Positions 18,887 through 29,916 of a stretch of DNA of 64,000 bases are shown here, one piece after another. Position numbers and translations under genes: made by a program. The stretch comes from Planctomycetota bacterium. GTDB lineage: Bacteria > Planctomycetota > UBA1135 > UBA2386. The notes beneath the pieces are model-generated. The model did no database searches. It worked only from the letters and a program-made list of their open reading frames with translations, and was not told the DNA's origin. The stretch covers positions 3,936,001-4,000,000 of the forward strand of contig OZ245838.1 of NCBI GenBank assembly GCA_965228735.1, read 5' to 3'. Positions within the stretch are counted from its first letter, which is position 1. The number at the start of each line of letters is the position of its first letter.

Positions 18887-19878
18887 CACGACCCACCACC
18901 GTTGGCGGCGCGCTCGCACTCGCGCTCGCTTGCCAATCGCCGCTCGCCGGGCAAGAACGCGCCGCCCGTGCCCCCGAGGCTCTGACGCAGATCCACCAGG
19001 AGTTCGAGCGCGTCCACCGCGCGTGGATCGCCGACCTGAGTCGCGGCGAGCCGATCGCAGCGGCGCCGAGCAAACCGTTCGTCGATCGCTGCCTGCGCGC
19101 GGCCAAGACGGTGCAGGGCACGGCCGACGCGGTGCCGTATCTCGTCTGGATCCTGCAGCACGGCGTCGACGAGAAGGCGTCGATGCAGCAGGCGCTCACC
19201 GCGATGGTCGAGAACCACGCCGACAGTGCGGCATGGGCGGATGTCATCGACGTCCTGCTGGCGCTCGAGCCGATCGTCGGCGAGAAGGCCGTCGCCGTAG
19301 CGCTCGCGACGATCATCGATCGAACGCCACACGCCGAAGTCGAAGCGCGCGCCCGCTTCGTGCGTGGCATCCGCGCGTTGCGGAATCGTGAGTCCGACGA
19401 TCGGCATGCCGGTCATCGCGACCTGACCGCGGCGTTCGATCGCAGCGCGGACCCGGAGCTGCGAGGCCGGGCCGAAGCGTTCCGCGCGCCGGTTCCGGAG
19501 CCGCTGGTGATCATCGACGATCACGACAAGGCCCGGCGGATGGCTGCCCGCGAGGGCAAGCTGCTGCTGCTGACGTTCAGCGGGTTCAACTGCGCGTCGT
19601 GCCGCGTCATGGAGCAGCACGTCCTCGGTCAGTCGACGATCCGGGAACGACTCGCCGAGCGCTTCATCGAATCCCGCCTCCACGTCGACACCCGCTCCAC
19701 GCTGACCGAAGCGACGTTCGCGAGAAACCGCGAGGTGCGGGCCCGATACGGCAACAAGCTCGCGATACCGACCTACTTCGTCGTCGATCCGCGGACGGGC
19801 CGGCCGCTCCGGCACCACGAGTTGACGGGCGGCCCCGGCGGGTGGACGAAGGACTTCCTCGCGTTCGTGAGTCGGTAG
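18883..19878 (+). CDS. Exported thioredoxin-family protein (helical N-part + CASC Trx domain)
   Basis: LLLTFSGFNCASCRVME and cis-Pro motif AIPTY. Confidence 0.8.
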   Translation: MTRPTTVGGALALALACQSPLAGQERAARAPEALTQIHQEFERVHRAWIADLSRGEPIAAAPSKPFVDRCLRAAKTVQGTADAVPYLVWILQHGVDEKASMQQALTAMVENHADSAAWADVIDVLLALEPIVGEKAVAVALATIIDRTPHAEVEARARFVRGIRALRNRESDDRHAGHRDLTAAFDRSADPELRGRAEAFRAPVPEPLVIIDDHDKARRMAAREGKLLLLTFSGFNCASCRVMEQHVLGQSTIRERLAERFIESRLHVDTRSTLTEATFARNREVRARYGNKLAIPTYFVVDPRTGRPLRHHELTGGPGGWTKDFLAFVSR

Positions 19879-19904
19879 CCCCGGATCGCCGTCGCTTGCT
19901 CGGC

Positions 19905-20990
19905 CTATCGATCGAGCGACCGCAGCGCCGCCGCGGCCCGCTTCTGCAGCCGCGCGTCCGACGACGATCGCAGCTCGCGCAGCCGCTCGATCACGACCAC
20001 GCGCCGATCCCCGAGGCGACCCAGGGTCGAGACGGCCTCTTCGGCGACGCGCAGGTCCGCATCGTCCGTCGCCTCGACCACCGCGGGCACGACGTCGAAC
20101 GCGTCGGGTGCCAGCGATGGCGTCATCGCCATCAGCGCCCGCAGCCGTTCGTCCGGGCAATCGGCGAGCAGGAGCAGCGTGAGTCCGCGCCGCGCCTCGA
20201 CTCGCGCCGGGTCGATCCGCGCGATCGCGATCGCGGCGGCGTCGCGCACGAGATCGTGGAAGTCCGCGGTCAGGGAGCCGACGCCCTTGCGGCGCGTCAC
20301 GCGCGGGTGCTTCTCGGTGCGCTCGGTTTCGATCAGGACATCGATCGCCGGCGCCGCGGCCGCGCCGAGTCGGCCGAGGTGCTCGGCCGCGAAGCGCCGG
20401 CGCAGCGGGTCTTCGCCGCGCAGGTCGCGCGCGAGCGCGTCGACGTCGTCCGTGGCGGTCCACGAGAGTCGCTGGTGCACGTCGTACCAGAGTCGCATCT
20501 TGTCGACCCAACGCCTGAATCGTGCGAGCGGTTGTCCGCCCGGCGAACGGATCTCGATCGCCCGGACCGTCGCGATCATCCGTTCCTTGTCGGTGACGCC
20601 CGGGACGAGCTGCGCCACCGTGATGAGCAACGCCACGTCGTCGCGCGAGATGTCGCGCGCGACGTGATCGAGGAGCGTCGGCACCACGGCGTCGGCCACC
20701 GCCGGTCCGATGAGGCGCAGGCACCGCAACGCGCGCATCCGACGCCGGGCTCCGAGCTCGGACTGATCGCCGAAGTCACCGAGAACTGCGAGCAGTCCGG
20801 GAACCGCGCGCGGCCCCGCGTCGACGAGAGCGCCGAACGCCGCACGATCGAAGCGCTCGGCCTCGATCACGACCCGAACCTCGCTCGTCGCGAGCGGCGG
20901 CTCGACCGACCCCTCCTGGGCCGAACAGAGCGGCAGCAGCGCCGACGACACCGCTGGCAGCAACCACGCTCGAGAACGGTGTCCGAACAT
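19905..20990 (-). CDS. HEAT-repeat protein with signal peptide
   Basis: RRRFAAEHLGRLG and VRDAAAIAIARI repeats. Confidence 0.75.
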   Translation of the reverse strand: MFGHRSRAWLLPAVSSALLPLCSAQEGSVEPPLATSEVRVVIEAERFDRAAFGALVDAGPRAVPGLLAVLGDFGDQSELGARRRMRALRCLRLIGPAVADAVVPTLLDHVARDISRDDVALLITVAQLVPGVTDKERMIATVRAIEIRSPGGQPLARFRRWVDKMRLWYDVHQRLSWTATDDVDALARDLRGEDPLRRRFAAEHLGRLGAAAAPAIDVLIETERTEKHPRVTRRKGVGSLTADFHDLVRDAAAIAIARIDPARVEARRGLTLLLLADCPDERLRALMAMTPSLAPDAFDVVPAVVEATDDADLRVAEEAVSTLGRLGDRRVVVIERLRELRSSSDARLQKRAAAALRSLDR

Positions 20991-20997
20991 GGAACCC

Positions 20998-22377
20998 CTA
21001 CCGCAACGCCCGCACGCGCCAGTTGCGCAGCTCGATCGGCAGCGAGTGATCCTGGAAGCCGATCGCGCCGGTGCGCGGACGGTCCGCGATCTTGCTGTGG
21101 TCGAGCGGCATGGCCTGCACGAGCTTGCCGTTCAGGGTGACATGGAACGTGCCGTCCTCGACGAGGACGTGCATGTGATTCCACTCGCCGATCGGGCGCG
21201 ACGCGTTCCTGTTCGGCGGACCACCGGGAATGATCCCACCCGCGTCGTGGTCCGTGAGGCGGTCCTGCGGCTTGTCCACGGGCGTCGCGTAGAGCTGGAC
21301 CTCGACGCCGGTCGCCACGGGCTTGCTACGGTCGCCGACGTGGAAGTAGAAGCCGCTGTTACCGCCCTCCTGCAGGCGATACTCGAACTCGGCCTCGAAA
21401 TCACCCCACTCGCCCTCGCTCCAGAGGTAGTGGTCGAAGCGGCGCCAGCCGCGCTCGCCGTCGCGCGGCGTCAGGGTCGCGACGCCGTCCGCGAGGCTCC
21501 AGTTGCCCTTCGTCTCGCAATGCGCCGACAGCGCCTCGCCGCCGAGCGGTCGCAACCACGGGCCGGGCTCGTCGAGCTCGAGCAGTTCGACCTTGCGGAA
21601 CTGCACGGGATGGCTCTCGGACTGCAGCGAAATCGTGCCGCGCGTGAGCAGCTTGTCGCGACCGTCCGCGAGCAGCTTCTTCGCGTCGCCATCGCGCGGA
21701 TCGAGCTGCGGATCGTCGTAGGCCAGCACCGTGTCGCCGTCGATCACGTGCCGGAACGTGTTGCCGCGGACGATCACCTCGACGGTGACCCAGCCGTCGC
21801 CACGGAACGTCGCCGAGCTCGAGTCGAGACAGTGCCGCGTCCACAGCTTGCCATCGCGCACGACGTTGGTTCCCGGCGTGCAGAGGTTGGCCGTCGAACG
21901 CTTGCCCTTCTCCCGGCCGCCGAGCAGCTGCACCTCGATCGACGCGGGGAAGTCCTGGTCCTGGCCCATGGTCGCGAGCGGCTGTCCGTGCAGCATCAGA
22001 CCGCTGTTGCGGAACGCCCAGCCCGGACCGCCCTTCACCTGGTCGCCAGTGAACCGATACTCGGCGCGCAGCCGGTAGCTGCCGAACTCCGACTCGTAGA
22101 ACAGGTGCCCGAAGCGGTTCTCGAACGTCTCGTAGGCATCGTACGCCACGGTCAGCAGACCGTCCTCGACGCGGAACGTCGAACCGAAGTTCTCGCCCGC
22201 GGGATAGCCGCGGATCTTCGGCGTCCAGCCCGTGAGGTCCTCGCCGTTGAACAGCTGGCGCCACTCGCGCGTCGGCGCTCGCTCCTCTCCCGCTCGCCCC
22301 TGGGCAAAGGAGGTGCCGATCGTGGCCAGCACGGCGAGGGCGGCGAGGCCCGGAACGTTCGAGAGCGCGGCGATCAT
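20998..22377 (-). CDS. Tandem DUF1080 (3-keto-disaccharide hydrolase) protein
   Basis: LFNGEDLTGW, NSG, EVQL, ISLQSE and IGFQDH motifs in two domains; signal peptide. Confidence 0.9.
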   Translation of the reverse strand: MIAALSNVPGLAALAVLATIGTSFAQGRAGEERAPTREWRQLFNGEDLTGWTPKIRGYPAGENFGSTFRVEDGLLTVAYDAYETFENRFGHLFYESEFGSYRLRAEYRFTGDQVKGGPGWAFRNSGLMLHGQPLATMGQDQDFPASIEVQLLGGREKGKRSTANLCTPGTNVVRDGKLWTRHCLDSSSATFRGDGWVTVEVIVRGNTFRHVIDGDTVLAYDDPQLDPRDGDAKKLLADGRDKLLTRGTISLQSESHPVQFRKVELLELDEPGPWLRPLGGEALSAHCETKGNWSLADGVATLTPRDGERGWRRFDHYLWSEGEWGDFEAEFEYRLQEGGNSGFYFHVGDRSKPVATGVEVQLYATPVDKPQDRLTDHDAGGIIPGGPPNRNASRPIGEWNHMHVLVEDGTFHVTLNGKLVQAMPLDHSKIADRPRTGAIGFQDHSLPIELRNWRVRALR

Positions 22378-22413
22378 GGCCGCACAGTATCGCCTCGCGC
22401 GCGGATCGCCCGC

Positions 22414-22720
22414 CTCACCCCGGCATCTCGTTCCGGCGCGAGGTGGTCGCGAGGTGTTCGGGGTCGCGCGGCGGCCGGATGTAGAGCCACCAGTAGACCG
22501 GCATCGCGATCCGCGGGATCACCGAGGTGACGATGGACACGGGCAGGCAACGCCGGATCAGGTCGACGAGTTGCCCGGGGTCGGCCGAGCCGCCGCCAGC
22601 GTGAAGAATCCGATCGCCATCAGAACGGTGGTCCAGACGAGTCCGACCGCTGGCGCGAAACTCAGGAAGCCGAGCAGGAACTCGAGGGGGTGCTCATCGA
22701 TGCACGCTCGTGTCCATCAT
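22414..22720 (-). pseudogene. Degraded small membrane protein (two frames)
   Basis: LEFLLGFLSFAPAVGLVWTTVLMAIGFF ends in a stop; the adjacent frame continues ...IAMPVYWWLYIRPP. Confidence 0.35.
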
Positions 22721-22879
22721 CGAGCACCGCAGCTCGATAGCCCAGGGCACCCGGTTCGGTCTCGATCTGGCGGCAGTGAATGCACCCGCCTAACGTGGCG
22801 GATCATGCGATCGCCTCAGCTCTCCCTGTGGCTCTCGGCAACGGTGCTCTGGGTCCTCTGGCATGGGCGGCCGCCAGGC

Positions 22880-23088
22880 CATGGGCGGAGATCCTGACCC
22901 ACGACCCACACGCACGCGCGATCGTGGCGAGCGGCTACTCGGACGACCCGACGATGGCGGACTTCCGCGCTGCCGGATTCCAGGCCGCGCTGGCCAAACC
23001 GTTCCGGCTCTCCGATCTCGCCCAGGCGGTCAACGCGGTGATCCGGCAGGACGGCAGCCTCCTGCGAACGAACGAGCCCGAGAGCTGA
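22880..23088 (+). pseudogene. C-terminal half of a receiver (REC) domain, remnant of a hybrid kinase
   Basis: [39 protein letters not shown]; the N-terminal half with the phospho-Asp is absent. Confidence 0.65.
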
Positions 23089-23168
23089 CCCGGGGTCGAA
23101 ACCCGCGGATAGCTGGCGGCCACGGCCGGAAGCGGACGCTGTGGGGGCGAACCCGACTCCTCAGAACC

Positions 23169-25673
23169 GTGCGCTCCACCAGAATCATCGCTCTCTTCGC
23201 CGTGTTCGCCGCCCTCGCCATGGGCGTCACGGTGCCCGCCCAGGTCATCGTGACGCTCTCCGGCGATGTCTACGACGGCAACGGCGGACCGCTCACGACC
23301 GGCACGTATCACTGCCAGAACATCCGCGTGCCTGCCGGTGAGACCCTGACGCTCTCGGGCGTGAACCTGAAGTTCCACGACAACCGCACGTTCACCGTGG
23401 ACGGCGTCGTCGACGCGAGCCAGGGCGCGTTCCTGACGTCGGTGCACGACGACGCGGTCGGCGGCGACACCAACGGCAATGGTGCAGCGACCGTGCCGCA
23501 GCGCGGGGACTGGCAGGGCGTGCGCTTCGGATCGACCGCGGGCAACTCGATCCTCAACGCGTCGATCCGTTACGCCGGTCGCGGCGGCAACCCGGGTCTC
23601 GTGATCAGCAACCCGGCATGCGAGCTGTCCATGACCAACGCGGTCATCGGTGACATCGGCGGCGATGGCGCCCATCTCGGCAGCTCGCGACCGATCTTCA
23701 ACAACCTGCTCGTGGCCAACTGCGGCGGCGTCGCGATGAAAGGCGCGCTGCCGATGCTCGATCGGATCGTCAACTGCAGTGCGTTCAACTGCGCTGGCGG
23801 CAACTACATCGCGCGGCTCACCGCGCAGGGTGGCGGCCCGCAATGGCCGGCCGGCACGCCGAGTGTGACGTTCGGGCCGCAGCACACGCTCAACGGCAGC
23901 GGCGTCATGGTCGTCGATGGCGTGATCAACGTGCCCGTCGGCAACACGCTGAGGTTCGGGCCCGGCGTCGACCTCAAGCTCACGAGCAACGGCGGCTTTC
24001 TCGTTCGCGGTGGATTCGAGGCCGAAGGCACGGCGAACGATCCGGTGACGTTCACGTCGCTGCTGGACGACACGGTCGGTGGCGACACCAACCTCGACGG
24101 CTCGGCGACGAGTCCGGCACCCGGTGACTGGCGCTCGATCCGGTGCGACAACGCGGCCGGCAACCTGGCGTTCACGGACGCCGAAGTGCGCTATGCCGGC
24201 GGCTCGTTCAGCTTCGGCGGGGCGATCCTCGTCGGCACCGGGCGTTGCGACGCGCTGCGCACCGTCGTGCGCGACACGATCGGTTTCGGCATCGACTTCG
24301 GCGTCACCTCGACGTCGAGCACCAGCTTCTCGTCGGTCCAGGACTGCACCTTCGTCGACCTCACGGACTTCGGCATCCACGATGCGCCGCTCGACGACCT
24401 GCCGGACCACCGCGGCAACATCGCGTCGGGCACGACACCGGCGCTGACCTCGATCCAACCGCTGCTGCGGCGCGACACGACGGTCGAACGCGAGAATCTG
24501 ATCCACGGCGTCGGGCAACCGACCGGCACGTTCTCGGTGCCAGGCGGCCGCCGCCTCGTGATCCTCGGCGGCACGGCGTGGAAGCTGCGATCGAACAGCT
24601 CACTGTCGACCAACACCGGCACCATCGAACTGCGGGGCTCGCCCGACGCGCGGATCGTGCTCACCTCCGAGCACGACGACACCGTCGGCGGCGACACCAA
24701 CGGCAATGGTAGCGCGACGACGCCGGCGACCGGCGACTGGACCGGCATCGCGCTCAACGGCTCGACCGACTCGTTCGTGCGGTTCATCGACGTTCGCTTC
24801 GCGACGACGGGCATCCGCAACAACTCGAACCAGACCAGCGTCGGGTGCGTGCAGCTGCTGCGCTGTCGCGACGGGCTGTGGTTCTCGCAGCACCAGGGAC
24901 CGCTCGACAACATCGTCGCCGCGAGCTGCACCCGCGACGGGATCCGGATCGGCGGCAACGGCTACGATCTGCGGCACGCCTCCGTCGAAGGCAGCGGCGC
25001 GCTCGGCATCGTCGCCTCGAACTTCAACGGCAGCGTCCGCAACTCGATCGCCTGGAACAGCACGACGGCCAACTTCTCCGGCCTGGCAGCGGCGCAGGTG
25101 TTCTCGTCCTGCGGCGACTTCGCCGGGCAGAACGGCAACATCGCGGTCGATCCGCAGTTCGCCGATCCGGACACGCTGACGCTGCTCTCGTCGTCGCCCT
25201 GCCGTGACACCGCCGCGCTGGCGCCGGCGATCCAGGTCGGCTACGACGTCGAGGGCCGCTCCCGCGTCGCCGCGTTCAACTTCGGCAGCGTCGCGCTGCC
25301 CGACATGGGCGCGCACGAGCTCGTGAGCTGCCGGCTCACGACCGACAACCCGCTGCCGCGCATCGGCGAGACCGTGACGTTCCAGGTCGTGCCCGACAGC
25401 CCCGTCAACCAGGGCGCCGCGCTGATCGGCGCGGGCCTCGGCCACACCCGCGGCCTCGCGTTCGTGCCGCCGTTCGGGGTCGCCAACGCGGGCTTCCCGC
25501 AGCTCGTGCTGCTCGGCGTCGGACCGAACACGATTCCGACGGCGTTCGCACTGCCGACCAACCCGACGTTCGCGGGGATCGAGCTGTCGATCCAGGGCCT
25601 GCTGCTGCCGAACGCGCTGCCGAACCGCGGCAGCTTCACGAACGTCGCGCAGCTGCGGTTGCTCGCGCCGTAG
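23169..25673 (+). CDS. Large secreted parallel beta-helix (pectin-lyase-like) repeat protein with C-terminal domain
   Basis: Signal peptide; three TSxxDDxVGGDTNxxGxATxPxxGDW repeats; NIAVDPQF...SSPCRD...PDMGAHE tail. Confidence 0.8.
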   Translation: MRSTRIIALFAVFAALAMGVTVPAQVIVTLSGDVYDGNGGPLTTGTYHCQNIRVPAGETLTLSGVNLKFHDNRTFTVDGVVDASQGAFLTSVHDDAVGGDTNGNGAATVPQRGDWQGVRFGSTAGNSILNASIRYAGRGGNPGLVISNPACELSMTNAVIGDIGGDGAHLGSSRPIFNNLLVANCGGVAMKGALPMLDRIVNCSAFNCAGGNYIARLTAQGGGPQWPAGTPSVTFGPQHTLNGSGVMVVDGVINVPVGNTLRFGPGVDLKLTSNGGFLVRGGFEAEGTANDPVTFTSLLDDTVGGDTNLDGSATSPAPGDWRSIRCDNAAGNLAFTDAEVRYAGGSFSFGGAILVGTGRCDALRTVVRDTIGFGIDFGVTSTSSTSFSSVQDCTFVDLTDFGIHDAPLDDLPDHRGNIASGTTPALTSIQPLLRRDTTVERENLIHGVGQPTGTFSVPGGRRLVILGGTAWKLRSNSSLSTNTGTIELRGSPDARIVLTSEHDDTVGGDTNGNGSATTPATGDWTGIALNGSTDSFVRFIDVRFATTGIRNNSNQTSVGCVQLLRCRDGLWFSQHQGPLDNIVAASCTRDGIRIGGNGYDLRHASVEGSGALGIVASNFNGSVRNSIAWNSTTANFSGLAAAQVFSSCGDFAGQNGNIAVDPQFADPDTLTLLSSSPCRDTAALAPAIQVGYDVEGRSRVAAFNFGSVALPDMGAHELVSCRLTTDNPLPRIGETVTFQVVPDSPVNQGAALIGAGLGHTRGLAFVPPFGVANAGFPQLVLLGVGPNTIPTAFALPTNPTFAGIELSIQGLLLPNALPNRGSFTNVAQLRLLAP

Positions 25674-25777
25674 ACACTGCTTGTAGGTCCAAGAACCGCG
25701 CGCGTCCTCGACCGCGAGTGCCGCCGGTTGCGCGGGCGCGGAGTCCCGGGGAGGATGCCCGGACAAACGCGAACGCC

Positions 25778-26176
25778 ATGGGCATCTCCGATTGGTGGAA
25801 ACGGGCGTCGGGCACGGCCGACGTCGCGATCCTCGCCCGCGACCTGATGGCGCGGGCGCGGCTCGCGCAGCGCATGGGCGATCTCGAGTTCGAACCGGCC
25901 GGCCTGTTGCTTGCCAAGGGGGCCGGGCGCAGACACCGTCGGCTGCGAACGCTGCTCGTGCAGCTCTCGGGCCACGAGTCGATCGACGAAGAACGCTACG
26001 ACCTCGTGCCGCGCGATCGGCTCGGCGAGCTGATCGCCAGCTGCACCGCCGGGACCGAGCGCAACGACCTCACGAGCCGGCTCGCGGGTCTGGCAGCCGA
26101 ACGCTTCGCGGTGCTCGTCGGACGCGGCGACGGCGCCATCGAACTGCACGACTTCGACTGGCCCGAGTCGTCGTAA
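25778..26176 (+). CDS. Hypothetical protein
   Basis: 132-aa ORF with GC3-rich codons; no recognised family. Confidence 0.5.
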   Translation: MGISDWWKRASGTADVAILARDLMARARLAQRMGDLEFEPAGLLLAKGAGRRHRRLRTLLVQLSGHESIDEERYDLVPRDRLGELIASCTAGTERNDLTSRLAGLAAERFAVLVGRGDGAIELHDFDWPESS

Positions 26177-26314
26177 TCGAGGACGCCGAAGCGGGTAAGA
26201 CCGCACCAGCCATGCTGGCCGCCAAGCTCCGCGGCATCTTCACGGTGGCTTCGACCCGCGCTCGCAGTCCGTGCTCTATCCTGGCTGTCTCTCAAGGAGA
26301 CCCCCCCTACAGCC

Positions 26315-28261
26315 ATGATCACGAGAGTCCTTGTTTCGTGCGCCGCCCTCGCCGCGCTCTCCCCTGCCCAGAACAACTCGAACCTGCCGCGCGGTCAGGA
26401 GCCCGCCACGGTAACCCAGGGTCTGTTCGACAACGACGCCGCCCGTACCGACGACGTCGGCTTCAATCAGGTCGACATCTGCTCGCCCAAGGAGTTCCTG
26501 CCGGCTGCGGGCGGCTTCGTCGCCACCTCGCGCCTCGTCTACGCGCTCTTCCCCGAGATCGACGGCAACGGCGACGTGATCTTCCAGGTCCGCCGCAGCA
26601 TCACGGGCGGCCGCACGTGGGAAGCACCGGTCACGATCTACACCGCCGACACCGCCGGCGGTGAGGATCTCAATACCGGCGACGAAGGCACGCACCTCTA
26701 CTGCTACGAGAACAAGGTCTACGCGACGATCCAGACCAACGCGCACGACAAGACCCAGATCGGGCAGACGCTCTGGTGCATCGCGTCGGACGACCAGGGC
26801 CAGACCTGGTCGGCGCCGCTGCTCGTCAGCACGGGCGTGCTGTTCGACGTCGACGACGCGGTCGGCGCCGCCTCGTCGAGCGGCCTGCATCTCGCGTGGG
26901 AAGCCGACGACCCGACGTTCACCAACGAGAACCTGCTCTACTCGAGCGTCGACATCAACGGCGGCGTGCTGTCCGTGGCGGTCCCGGAGACCGCGCTGAC
27001 CAACTACACCGGCCAGTCGGACGTCGACCTGCCCAACATCGACGCGCAGGACGACGTCGTGCTGATCGCCTGGCTCGACGACGACGCGAGCTACAACAGC
27101 GTCGCGCCGAGCGGCAACGTCACGGTCTCGGTGCACTCGTTCGATGCCGGCGCGACGTTCAGCACGCCGTTCGTCCACAGCGGCAACACGCCGGGCACCT
27201 TCCCGCTGGCCTGGGCTTCGCCGCGCCGGCCGTTCCCGCGGCTCGACCTGCCGTTCGGCTACGTCTTCCAGGAGGACTCGCGCCTCGACGAGGACGACCT
27301 GTGGATGGACCGCGCCGACGTCGACACCTCGACGCAGACGTTCAACTGGTCGGTCTCCGGCGTGCAGTGCAACTTCACGTCGATCGGCGCGGGTACCGGC
27401 GACATCGACGGCATCTCGGTCGAAGCGCGCGACGGCATCATCGCGATCATCTACCGCGACGACAGCGCCGGCATCCCGCTCGACAACTCCAACGAGACCT
27501 ACATGGTGGTCGACGACGCGTTCGGCTTCGAGTTCATCGCCGGCACGGCGACGAACCACACCCTGACCGGCACCAAGGCCAACGGCTTCGGCCAGGTCGA
27601 GGTCGAGATCGCCGGCAACGTGATCGCGACCGTGTTCGAGCACCAGCCGAGCGCCGATGACGGCGTCCTGGTGTACAGCACCGACCGCGGCAACACCGTG
27701 ACGGCCGACGTGTTCACCGACCTCGGAGGCGGGGGGACCAACTCGGTCGACATCGACAATGAATACGTCGCCGTCACGCTCAACGGCGACATCAACATCA
27801 TCTTCGTCGACAACGAGGCCGGCGCCAGCACGGCGAACTCGACCAACACGTCGTACACGACGGGTATCAAGGCGATGAACGGCACCTACGATGCCGCCAG
27901 CCAGACCTTCACCGTCGAAGGCATCGATCCGACCCTCGCCGCCACGAGCCAGGCCTTCCTCATGGCCTCCACGGGGACCGCGCCGGGCACGGACCTCAAC
28001 GCCTACCTCAACAACGGCGCGCCGGGCAGCGGGTTCTTCGTCGGCCTGCAGCAGGACCTGCTGTGGTCGCTGCTCTGGGCCAACCCGCTCCCGTACTTCG
28101 TGCCGATCTCGAGCACCGGCACCGCGACGATGAACAACGTCCTCAACGGCACGGCGATTCTCGGCCTGCCGGTCTACCTCGCCGCCGGCACGCTCGATTT
28201 CAGCAAGCTGCCGGGTGACGTGCTCGATCCGGGCAGCTTCACCGATCCGGTCGTGCAGTAG
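26315..28261 (+). CDS. Secreted sialidase-like (BNR/Asp-box) beta-propeller protein
   Basis: Signal peptide; Asp boxes SITGGRTW, SDDQGQTW, SFDAGATF and STDRGNTV; RBS AAGGAG. Confidence 0.8.
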   Translation: MITRVLVSCAALAALSPAQNNSNLPRGQEPATVTQGLFDNDAARTDDVGFNQVDICSPKEFLPAAGGFVATSRLVYALFPEIDGNGDVIFQVRRSITGGRTWEAPVTIYTADTAGGEDLNTGDEGTHLYCYENKVYATIQTNAHDKTQIGQTLWCIASDDQGQTWSAPLLVSTGVLFDVDDAVGAASSSGLHLAWEADDPTFTNENLLYSSVDINGGVLSVAVPETALTNYTGQSDVDLPNIDAQDDVVLIAWLDDDASYNSVAPSGNVTVSVHSFDAGATFSTPFVHSGNTPGTFPLAWASPRRPFPRLDLPFGYVFQEDSRLDEDDLWMDRADVDTSTQTFNWSVSGVQCNFTSIGAGTGDIDGISVEARDGIIAIIYRDDSAGIPLDNSNETYMVVDDAFGFEFIAGTATNHTLTGTKANGFGQVEVEIAGNVIATVFEHQPSADDGVLVYSTDRGNTVTADVFTDLGGGGTNSVDIDNEYVAVTLNGDINIIFVDNEAGASTANSTNTSYTTGIKAMNGTYDAASQTFTVEGIDPTLAATSQAFLMASTGTAPGTDLNAYLNNGAPGSGFFVGLQQDLLWSLLWANPLPYFVPISSTGTATMNNVLNGTAILGLPVYLAAGTLDFSKLPGDVLDPGSFTDPVVQ

Positions 28262-28362
28262 CCCGACCGTTCCGCCGACTCGCCGGCCGGCCCCTGATCC
28301 CGGGCCCGCGGTCCTGGGATTTCAGGGCTTGCGGGCCGCGGCGTCTGGTTCGATGGCACGGC

Positions 28363-29844
28363 ATGCCCGCCGCCGCCGTCCCGGAGCTCCGCATCACCGC
28401 CGCCAACGACTGCTCCGTGCGCGGGGACGGCGATCACGTCCTCTACTGGATGATCGCCGCGCGTCGGGCGCAGTACAACTTCGGCCTCGACCGCGCGATC
28501 GAGCACGCCCGCGAGCTCGGCAAGCCGCTCATCGTGCTCGAGGCGCTGCGCACGGGCTACCGGTGGGCGAGCGACCGACTGCACGCGTTCGTGCTCACGG
28601 GCATGCGCGACAACGTCGACGCGTTCGCCGACTCGCCGGTGCGATACTACCCCTACGTCGAGCCGGATGACGGTGCCGGCAGCGGCCTGCTCGAGGAGCT
28701 CGCGAAGGCCGCTTGCGTCGTCGTGACCGACGACTTCCCGTGCTTCTTCCTGCCGCGGATGGTAGCGGCCGCGGCCGAGAAGCTGTCCTGCCGCCTCGAG
28801 AAGGTCGACAGCAACGGCCTGCTGCCCGTCGCCGCCCCCGGCGAGAAGGTGTTCTCTCGCGCCGTCGACCTGCGCCGCTGGTTGCAGAAGAACCTCGCGC
28901 CGCATCTCGACGAGACGCCGAAGGCGCGACCGCTCGCCCGCCTCGACCTGCCGCAGGCGCACGTGCCGCAACCGATCCTCGACCGCTGGCCGGAAGCGAC
29001 CAAGGCGCTGCTGGCGGGGGACCGCGACGAGCTCGCCGAGCTACCGATCGATCACGACATCGCGCCGGTCGCCGGCATCACCGGCGGCGCGGTCAACGGT
29101 CGCCGTCACATGCGCACGTTCCTCGACGACCACCTCGGGAGCTACGACGACGACCGCAACCACCCCGACAAGGGCGGCGGCAGCGGGCTGTCACCGTGGC
29201 TGCACTTCGGTCACGTCTCGGCGCATGAGCTGTTCCACGAGTTGACGAAGCGCGAGGACTGGTCCACCGACGACCTCGGCGACCAGCGCCGCGGCGGGCG
29301 CGACGGGTTCTGGAAGATGAGCGCGCCGGCCGAGGCGTTCCTCGACGAGTTCGTCACGTGGCGTGAGCTCGGCTTCAACTTCTGCGCGCGCGTGCCGGAC
29401 TACGACGAGTACGGCTCGCTGCCGGATTGGGCGCGCAAGACGCTGCGCGAGCACGGCGGCGACCCGCGGCCGCACGTCTACTCGATCGGCGAGTTCGACA
29501 ACGCCGAAACGCACGACCCGATCTGGAACGCCGCCCAACGCCAGCTCCGTCGCGAGGGCCGCATCCACAACTACTTGCGCATGCTCTGGGGCAAGAAGGT
29601 GCTGCACTGGACCGAGACGCCGCAGATCGCCGCCGAGATCCTCATCGAGCTCAACAACCGTTACGCGCTCGATGGCCGCGACCCCAACTCCTACAGCGGC
29701 ATCTTCTGGGTGCTCGGCCGATTCGATCGCGCTTGGGGGCCCGAACGGGAGGTGTTCGGCAAGGTGCGCTACATGGCGAGCGATCGCACGAAGGCCAAGA
29801 TCCGGATGAAGGAGTATCTCGAGGAGTTCGGCGCGGAATCCTGA
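28363..29844 (+). CDS. Class II CPD DNA photolyase
   Basis: VLYWM, SGLSPWLHFG, THDPIWNAAQ, HNYLRMLWGKK and DGRDPNSY motifs. Confidence 0.93.
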   Translation: MPAAAVPELRITAANDCSVRGDGDHVLYWMIAARRAQYNFGLDRAIEHARELGKPLIVLEALRTGYRWASDRLHAFVLTGMRDNVDAFADSPVRYYPYVEPDDGAGSGLLEELAKAACVVVTDDFPCFFLPRMVAAAAEKLSCRLEKVDSNGLLPVAAPGEKVFSRAVDLRRWLQKNLAPHLDETPKARPLARLDLPQAHVPQPILDRWPEATKALLAGDRDELAELPIDHDIAPVAGITGGAVNGRRHMRTFLDDHLGSYDDDRNHPDKGGGSGLSPWLHFGHVSAHELFHELTKREDWSTDDLGDQRRGGRDGFWKMSAPAEAFLDEFVTWRELGFNFCARVPDYDEYGSLPDWARKTLREHGGDPRPHVYSIGEFDNAETHDPIWNAAQRQLRREGRIHNYLRMLWGKKVLHWTETPQIAAEILIELNNRYALDGRDPNSYSGIFWVLGRFDRAWGPEREVFGKVRYMASDRTKAKIRMKEYLEEFGAES

Positions 29845-29916
29845 TTGCGCGCAGGGGCGTAGATCGGGACAGTCGGTCGCCCAATCTCGTCCCCCCAGAA
29901 TCAGATCAGGAGACTC

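Noticed and set aside
28262..28362. ECF motif upstream of the class II photolyase (also checked upstream of the sigma, B12 and FNT genes)
   Set aside because: Only partial first boxes (e.g. TGATCC, AAATCC, GGATCC) without CGAA at the right spacing.
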